Shown piece by piece: positions 17,078-22,675 of a DNA stretch of 22,675 nucleotides (position 1 is its first letter; every line of letters begins with the position of its first letter). Where the stretch lies: assembly GCA_041752695.1 (NCBI GenBank), contig JBGSVZ010000026.1, forward strand, positions 1-22,675, written 5' to 3'. The notes under the pieces were generated by a model. It was not told the origin of the DNA and searched no databases. It worked only from the letters and a program-made list of their open reading frames with translations. This DNA is from Terrimicrobiaceae bacterium. Lineage in GTDB: Bacteria > Verrucomicrobiota > Verrucomicrobiia > Chthoniobacterales > Terrimicrobiaceae. The position numbers and the translations under genes are program-made.

Positions 17078-18270
17078 TGGCCTCCCGACGTCCCAAAGTC
17101 GCCTTGATCACCAACCGGTTCCTTCCCCAAGTCGGTGGGGCGGAAATCAACATCGACCACCAGGCCCGCCACCTGGCTCGTCATGTCGATCTCACGGTTT
17201 TTTGCCCGAGGCGGGTCGAAGGACCGGTCCGGGAGGAGCGCGACGGATTTCGGATTGTCCGTCTTCCTGATTGGCTGAACCGGGCAGGGCAATTCCCCAA
17301 CGGCCGCGCGGAGACGTTTTGTCCGTCGGTGTTTTTCCGGATTCTGTTCGGGCGCTTCGATCTGATCCACTGCTTCCCCGCGCTCAATCGCAACAACATG
17401 CTGGCGGTGCTCGCGGCGAAACTTTCCGGCACCAAGGTGGTGTTTTGTTTTTTCGACTATCTGGATTACGCGGCCATTATCCGGCGGACGGGGCGGGTCG
17501 ATCCCAAGGTCATCGAAGGGCACCAGCCCAACTTCAAAAGCCGTAAGTGTCTGGCCGCGATGGATCAGATCTTCGCCATCTCGGAACGGGAAATAGCCTT
17601 TCTTCGCCGTTTCAACCGTCACGTGGCGTATTCGCCGGTCCCAATTCTGCCGGAGGAATTTTCCAGCCCGGCCCCCTCACCGCGCCACCGCCACGGGGTG
17701 GGAGAGGAGGAGTTTGTCTTCCTCTGCCTCAACCGCATATCCGCGATCAAGGGACAGGATATCGCCTTGGACGCTTTTCTTCTGGCGGCGGATCGCCTGC
17801 CCGGATGCCGTCTGGTTTTTGTGGGAAACACAGCGGCTGAACCCGACTTGACCGCACGGATGTTGGATCGTGTTGCGGCCTCCGGTTTCCAAGACCGAGT
17901 CATTTTCACGGGGCTGGTGGAGCGGGAAGAACTGTTGGGCTGGCTTCAGTATGCGGACATCCAGGTGGTTGCGGCTCGTTTCATGAATTCCGGAGCCGTG
18001 GTGGTCGAGAGCTGGATCAGCGGGACCCCGGTGATTCAGAGTGATGCGGTGGATCCCAATCTCGTTGTGGAGGGCCAGAATGGGTACGGCTTTCCCGCCG
18101 ACGATCCGGCGAGCCTGGCGGAAAAAATGGTGGTGGCCTTGCACGAGCGGGCCGGCCTCAAGCGGCTCGCCGCCAAGGGGCGCGAACTGGTTCTGGAAAA
18201 ATACACCTATGACTATCTCACGCGGCTTTATCTGGAGACCTACTCCCGTGTGACGGGGCTTGCCTTATGA
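17077..18270 (+). CDS. GT4-family glycosyltransferase, ~397 aa
   Basis: ATG at 17077 (TGATG overlap); FLPQVGGAE, LNRISAIKGQD, VIFTG, VVESWISGTPVIQSD, GQNGY. Confidence 0.85.
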   Translation: MASRRPKVALITNRFLPQVGGAEINIDHQARHLARHVDLTVFCPRRVEGPVREERDGFRIVRLPDWLNRAGQFPNGRAETFCPSVFFRILFGRFDLIHCFPALNRNNMLAVLAAKLSGTKVVFCFFDYLDYAAIIRRTGRVDPKVIEGHQPNFKSRKCLAAMDQIFAISEREIAFLRRFNRHVAYSPVPILPEEFSSPAPSPRHRHGVGEEEFVFLCLNRISAIKGQDIALDAFLLAADRLPGCRLVFVGNTAAEPDLTARMLDRVAASGFQDRVIFTGLVEREELLGWLQYADIQVVAARFMNSGAVVVESWISGTPVIQSDAVDPNLVVEGQNGYGFPADDPASLAEKMVVALHERAGLKRLAAKGRELVLEKYTYDYLTRLYLETYSRVTGLAL

Positions 18271-19109
18271 ACGCGCTGGCCATCGTCATGCGGGCCAAAA
18301 ACGAAATGCCCCACGCGACCCGGGCGTTGGCCGCACTGCGTTCCCAACGGCGGACGGACTGGACTCTGTTCGCGGTGGACTCGGGTTCCACCGACGGCAC
18401 CTTGCAGGCCATCCGTGAATTCCTTCCTTTCCGGCTCGAGGAAATTTTGCCCGCCGACTATGAGCCCGGCCCGGTGCTCAATCGGATGATTGCGCTCACC
18501 ACCGAACCGATTGTCGTGCTTCTCAACGCCGACGCTGTGCCACTTGATGACCGCTGGCTGGAAAACCTGGTCGCCCCGATTGAGGCAGGGATTGCGGACG
18601 CCACCATGAGCGTGCAGGTGCCCCGCCCGGATGCGGAGTTGCTCGTGGCCGACGACTATCGGCGGGCTTACGATCCCAAAAACATCAAGCCGGGCAACGA
18701 GGATTTTTTCTCCGCCGTCGCCTGCGCCTTTCGCCGCGGGCTTTGGGAAGACCGCCCATTTAAAAGCAAAGGGTATTCAGAAGATCTCGCCTGGGCCAGG
18801 GAGTGTCGTGCGGCGGGAGCGCGGTTTCTCCTCGTGCCAGACTCCCGGGTCGAGCATTCCCACAACTACACCCTCCGCGAACTCCACACCAAACGCTACC
18901 GGCACGGCCGTGCCTTCGTGGCAATCTTCGGCTCTCGCCCTGAGCCGTTGCGTCAGACGCTGGCTTGCGCCAGGGAGATGGCGCGCGATCTTTTGCTGGC
19001 TGCCCGCCATGGGCATTGGACCGGCATCCCCTTCCATCTGGCCTATCGGTTCACTATTCACCGCGCCCTCTACCTCGGTCTGCGGGATGAAACCCGGGAG
19101 AAGCGATGA
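18267..19109 (+). CDS. GT2-family glycosyltransferase (rhamnosyltransferase-like)
   Basis: IVMRAKNE, VDSGSTDGT, LLNADAVP, FFSAVACAFRR, YSEDLAW, VEHSHNY. Confidence 0.88.
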   Translation: MNALAIVMRAKNEMPHATRALAALRSQRRTDWTLFAVDSGSTDGTLQAIREFLPFRLEEILPADYEPGPVLNRMIALTTEPIVVLLNADAVPLDDRWLENLVAPIEAGIADATMSVQVPRPDAELLVADDYRRAYDPKNIKPGNEDFFSAVACAFRRGLWEDRPFKSKGYSEDLAWARECRAAGARFLLVPDSRVEHSHNYTLRELHTKRYRHGRAFVAIFGSRPEPLRQTLACAREMARDLLLAARHGHWTGIPFHLAYRFTIHRALYLGLRDETREKR

Positions 19110-20275
19110 AAACCCTCGGGCTCTTTGTTTTTGTCGATGCCCTCGGTTGGGAGGTGCTGCGGCGGCACCCGGAATTCCTGGCCGGCATCGCGCCGCACCG
19201 CAAGCCCCTCGAGACCATCCTCGGGTATTCCTCCGCCTGCGACCCGTCGATTATTTCCGGACTCGTCCCCACGGAACACCGGCTCTGGTCCTCCTACTAT
19301 TATGATCCCGCGTCCTCGCCATTTGCCTGGACCCGCGCCTTGGGGGTCCTGCCGCGGACGCTGACCGAACGCGCCCGGGTGCGGCATTACCTCTCCAAAC
19401 TGGTGGGGCGTGTCCATGACATCCGCGGGTATTTTCAACTCTACAACGTCCCATTTGAGTATCTCCCGTTGTTTTCGTACGCAGAATGGAAACGCATTTG
19501 GGAACCGGAAGGGTTGCCGTCCGGAACAAGCATCTTTGACCTGATGAAAGAGGCCGGGGTGCCGTGGCACGTGCATGACAGCCGGAAGAACGACGAAGGC
19601 AAACTGGTCGAATTGCGCTCCGTGCTGGCGGAGGGCCGGGTGCCGCTGGCTTATGTTTCCCTCGGACGCCTCGATGCCCTCATGCATGCGGAGGGCACGC
19701 GCTCGCCGCGTCTGGCGGAGGCGATGGCATGGTTCGACCGGAACATCCGCGAGTTGATGGCAGTGGCCGCGGAAAACTACGACGAGGTGAAACTCCATGT
19801 TTTCACGGATCATGGGATGCACGACATCGAGCGGGGACACGATGTGCAGCGCGAGGTTGCGGAGCTGGGATTGAAGTTTGGCGCCGACTATGTCGCCTTT
19901 TACGACTCGACCATGGCGAGGTTCTGGCCGCGCCATACGGCAGCGGAGAATCGCCTGCGCGAATTTTTCTCTGCGCACCCGCACGGCCGCCTGCTCCCGG
20001 AAGCGGAACTGCGGCGCCTCGGGGTGTATTTTGCCGATGCGCAATATGGCAGTCTCATTTTTCTGATGAATCCCGGCCTGCAGATTGCGCCGAGTTTCAT
20101 GGGGCGGAAGGCGATCAAGGGCATGCATGGATTTCATCCCGACGAACCCGACTCGAAGGCAATGATCTGCGCCAATGTCCCGCTCGCCGACTCGCTCACC
20201 CGCATCGAGCAGATCTTCGGCCTGCTTTGTCATGCCGCGGGTGTGCCTGTCCCGGCGGGCCGGGCCGCTCCCTGA
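19106..20275 (+). CDS. Alkaline phosphatase superfamily protein (nucleotide pyrophosphatase/phosphodiesterase-like)
   Basis: Metal-ligand motifs FVDALG, LDALMH, FTDHGM, GMHG; nucleophile region GYSSACDPSIISG; no signal peptide evident. Confidence 0.82.
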   Translation: MKTLGLFVFVDALGWEVLRRHPEFLAGIAPHRKPLETILGYSSACDPSIISGLVPTEHRLWSSYYYDPASSPFAWTRALGVLPRTLTERARVRHYLSKLVGRVHDIRGYFQLYNVPFEYLPLFSYAEWKRIWEPEGLPSGTSIFDLMKEAGVPWHVHDSRKNDEGKLVELRSVLAEGRVPLAYVSLGRLDALMHAEGTRSPRLAEAMAWFDRNIRELMAVAAENYDEVKLHVFTDHGMHDIERGHDVQREVAELGLKFGADYVAFYDSTMARFWPRHTAAENRLREFFSAHPHGRLLPEAELRRLGVYFADAQYGSLIFLMNPGLQIAPSFMGRKAIKGMHGFHPDEPDSKAMICANVPLADSLTRIEQIFGLLCHAAGVPVPAGRAAP

Positions 20276-20276
20276 T

Positions 20277-20642
20277 CTATCCCAACACCTCGCTGACGCG
20301 CAGCGCGAGGTCCCGTGGGCTGAACGGCTTGGTCAGAAACGCATCGACCCGCAACCCTCCGGCTTCCCGCCGGATGGAGGTCTGGTCGCGCGAGGTCAGC
20401 ATGATCACGCGGATCAGATCGCCGCGCTCCAAGGCCCGGATGCGCCGCAAGGTCTCCACCCCATCGAGACCGGGCATCGAATAATCCAGCAAAACCAGAT
20501 CCACCGGTTCCCGCTCGAGAAAACTGAGCGCCTCGGTGCCGCATTTGACGCACCGCAGATAGGCGGGCACGTCCTTCAGCGCAAAACGCAAAAGGTGCAG
20601 CATGTGTTCCTCATCATCGACCAGTAGGATTTGTTTGCTCAT
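20277..20642 (-). CDS. Single-domain response regulator (CheY-like REC)
   Basis: ILLVDDE, phospho-acceptor LLDYSMPGLDG, MLTS, FLTKPF; 121 aa with no output domain. Confidence 0.93.
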   Translation of the reverse strand: MSKQILLVDDEEHMLHLLRFALKDVPAYLRCVKCGTEALSFLEREPVDLVLLDYSMPGLDGVETLRRIRALERGDLIRVIMLTSRDQTSIRREAGGLRVDAFLTKPFSPRDLALRVSEVLG

Positions 20643-20650
20643 CAGTTGGA

Positions 20651-22357
20651 CTATGTTCGCACCAGCACCAGAAGGGTACGGTCGTCGCTGGGTTCCGCGT
20701 GCCGGGAAAAATCCTCCGCCTGGCCCAGGACCGTTTCCACGATTTCGCCCGCGGAACGTCCGCCCGCCTTTTCCAGCACAGCGCTGATTCCCTCCACTTC
20801 AAAAAATCGCCCGGTCCCGTCCGTGGTCTCCGGGATTCCGTCAGTGTAAAGGAGCACACCCTCGCCCCCGCCCAGCGCGCACGAGCGGGTCTCGTAGGTG
20901 GTCTCGGGCAAAACCCCGATCGGGATTCCCCCGGCGGCAAGGGCACGGGGAACCGTCCCGCCAAAGATAAGTCCCGGAGGGTGACCGGCACTGGCTTCGC
21001 GGAGTTCCCGGCCATCCGCCGAGATCCAGACACAGGCTGCGGTGATGAACATGTCGAGTCGCGTCAGATCGGGCGCAAGGATCCGGTTGACGCGTGCGAG
21101 CAGTTCTCCCGGTTCGGCTCCATGCTCAATTTGCGCCCGGATGCTGGTGCGCAGCATGTTGGCAAAAAGCGCGGCGGAGAGACCCTTGCCCATCACGTCC
21201 GCGATCACGGCAAACAAGGCCCCTCCCGGCAGGGCGATCAAATCGAAATAGTCGCCCCCCGCTTTCTGGGCGGGACGGCACGCCCCGAAGATGTCGAAAT
21301 GCCGCGAGATGCGGAAATTCTGGGGCATGAGCGACAGCTGAATCTCGGCGGCAATTTCCAGCTGGTTCAACGCCCGCTGTTCCGATTCGCGCTGCTGCTG
21401 GAGTTCGTTCATCGTCCTCACGATGCCCAGATACTCCCCGACCACCCGCGCCACTTTGAGCTGGCCCGCGGTAAAAAACGGCCCCGCCTCTGGCCGCCCC
21501 AGGACGAGCACACCGAGGCGACGGTTTTTGAAAAAAATGGGAGCGACAAACGCCTCCTCCAGGCAGTCCGAGAGGGGATCTCCCGGGGCCAGCACCGAGC
21601 CCGCCAGAATGGTGACCTCCTCGCCCGTGCGATAAACTTCCGCCTCCACTCCGCCGGCCCCTGCATCCAACGAGCGGGGCAGAGGGTGCCGGGTCGTTCC
21701 GGCATGGTCGATGAGGACAAGATAGCCGCGATGGTACAGGCGAACGAATGCCGTCCCGGCCCCGGTCACCTCACAGACGCGCTCTAGCGCGAGTTTCAGA
21801 AATGCGGTCATTTCCCCTGCCCCGGCCAGCAGTTCGCCCAGCCCGATGAGGGCGTTGATCATCTCGAAGCTGGCGGCGACTTCCTCGGTCATGCATTCCA
21901 ACACTTTTTCCTGCCGGCCCGGCTGATAACTCCAGAATGGCTGGGCGAAACTTTTGTGAAGGACCAACAAATGACCGGTCGTGCGGCGGAAGTGCTCCAT
22001 CCGATCCGTCATGGCCTGCATGAGGAAACGCCCCCGGCCCCCCTCGCTCAGCGGATCGTCCGGCAGTTCCGCGTCACCGGTCCAACCGGGGAAGTCCGAC
22101 GGGTCCGCCACCTTCAGACGGATGCCCGAATCGCGCAGCCCGAGGGAGACTTCGACAAACGGGTCGGCCGCATCCCGGCAGCCGTGTTCAATCGCATTGT
22201 TGATGGCCTCCGTGGCGGCAAGGCGGAATTCCTGCGTAAACTTTTGATCGTAAATTCCCTGATCCCGGAGAAATCCCAAAAGGCTTTCCACCATGTCCCC
22301 GACTTGATCGAGGTCCGGCCGGTCAACCCGGAGGGAGCAGGAAATTTCCAGACTCAC
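20651..22357 (-). CDS. Fusion of RsbW/SpoIIAB-type HATPase Ser kinase, GAF domain and PP2C/SpoIIE (RsbU-type) phosphatase, ~568 aa
   Basis: GTG at 22357 overlaps the upstream TGA. Kinase N-box LAATEAINNAIEHG and G2 LSEGGRGRFLMQAMTD; GAF-like FVAPIFFKNRRLGVLVL..FFTAGQLKV; coiled coil; PP2C motifs AAEIQLSLMP, GGDYFD, IADVMGKG, SAGHPP, LYTDGIPE, DDRT. Confidence 0.9.
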   Translation of the reverse strand: MSLEISCSLRVDRPDLDQVGDMVESLLGFLRDQGIYDQKFTQEFRLAATEAINNAIEHGCRDAADPFVEVSLGLRDSGIRLKVADPSDFPGWTGDAELPDDPLSEGGRGRFLMQAMTDRMEHFRRTTGHLLVLHKSFAQPFWSYQPGRQEKVLECMTEEVAASFEMINALIGLGELLAGAGEMTAFLKLALERVCEVTGAGTAFVRLYHRGYLVLIDHAGTTRHPLPRSLDAGAGGVEAEVYRTGEEVTILAGSVLAPGDPLSDCLEEAFVAPIFFKNRRLGVLVLGRPEAGPFFTAGQLKVARVVGEYLGIVRTMNELQQQRESEQRALNQLEIAAEIQLSLMPQNFRISRHFDIFGACRPAQKAGGDYFDLIALPGGALFAVIADVMGKGLSAALFANMLRTSIRAQIEHGAEPGELLARVNRILAPDLTRLDMFITAACVWISADGRELREASAGHPPGLIFGGTVPRALAAGGIPIGVLPETTYETRSCALGGGEGVLLYTDGIPETTDGTGRFFEVEGISAVLEKAGGRSAGEIVETVLGQAEDFSRHAEPSDDRTLLVLVRT

Positions 22358-22675
22358 GGGGTCAGGGGTTTTTTGCAGGCGAGTTGCAGGGCCGCCCGTT
22401 TGAGTTGTTGCCGCCCCCCGGGCGCCCCCACCTGGTAGGCGGCATGCATCCATTCATCGGGTTCGTCCGCATCATGACAGTCAAAAAGGTCCGAGAGGGC
22501 CAGGACCCCAGCGGGAGCATTTTGCAAAGTGCCCCGCACGTCCGCAGGAAGTGCGTTCCAGGCTCCCTCCCCGCGGGGCAGGACCCCGAGCAAGCGCAGG
22601 CGTCCACAGGCCACCGCTGCCAGCCACGATTCCCGCCGCACCAACAAGGGCCCCCGCGGCCAGGTGGCGAGCTGC
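22354..22675 (-). CDS. C-terminal part of a gene running off the window; resembles a degenerate bacterial sugar transferase (phosphoglycosyltransferase) domain
   Basis: Frame is open to the window edge and its TGA overlaps the GTG of the next gene. WLAAVACGRLRLLGVLPR...APAGVLALSDL...WMHAAYQ parallels QLxNVLxGxMSLVGPRP...xPGITGxAQ...LDxxY by eye. Confidence 0.55.
   Translation of the reverse strand, partial: QLATWPRGPLLVRRESWLAAVACGRLRLLGVLPRGEGAWNALPADVRGTLQNAPAGVLALSDLFDCHDADEPDEWMHAAYQVGAPGGRQQLKRAALQLACKKPLTP

Noticed and set aside
279..22438. Many long antisense or alternate-frame ORFs (e.g. 279-1202-, 1255-2301-, 2517-3932-, 9130-10386-, 12920-14254-, 19070-20233-, 20699-21787+)
   Set aside because: They shadow genes with clear family motifs, have no recognisable motifs themselves, and are expected in GC-rich DNA with few stop codons.
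1..22675. CRISPR arrays, tRNA/rRNA genes, riboswitches
   Set aside because: The window is almost fully coding; the few intergenic gaps (at most 160 nt) show no repeat-spacer periodicity or recognisable RNA structure.

Overview
GC-rich bacterial DNA (gene style is compatible with Verrucomicrobiota, but this is only an impression). Two apparent housekeeping genes (a 5'-truncated parvulin PPIase and an NAD(P)-dependent beta-hydroxyacid dehydrogenase) are followed by a ~20 kb Wzx/Wzy-type exopolysaccharide/capsule locus. Block 1 (2667-10272, +, translationally coupled) encodes a WecB/TagA/CpsF (GT26) glycosyltransferase fused to two STAS domains, a GT4, an ExeA-type AAA ATPase, a Wzc-like co-polymerase whose kinase motifs are all lost, and two tandem Wza/SLBB export paralogs. 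An inverted secreted GH9 hydrolase (10244-12880, -) splits the locus. Block 2 (12956-20275, +) encodes a Wzy/O-antigen-ligase-like protein, a Wzx flippase, a pyruvyltransferase-family protein, GT4, GT2 and an alkaline-phosphatase-superfamily enzyme. Signalling genes on the - strand bracket the locus: a stand-alone Hpt protein on the left; on the right, a truncated degenerate sugar-transferase-like gene, an RsbW-type kinase/GAF/PP2C phosphatase fusion and a single-domain response regulator. Main hypothesis (inference): a partner-switching Ser kinase/phosphatase module, with no sigma factor in this window, directly switches a polysaccharide glycosyltransferase through its fused DSSG-containing STAS domains, possibly replacing Wzc/Wzb tyrosine-phosphorylation control. 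It resembles the Vibrio fischeri SypE/SypA module but is architecturally different.
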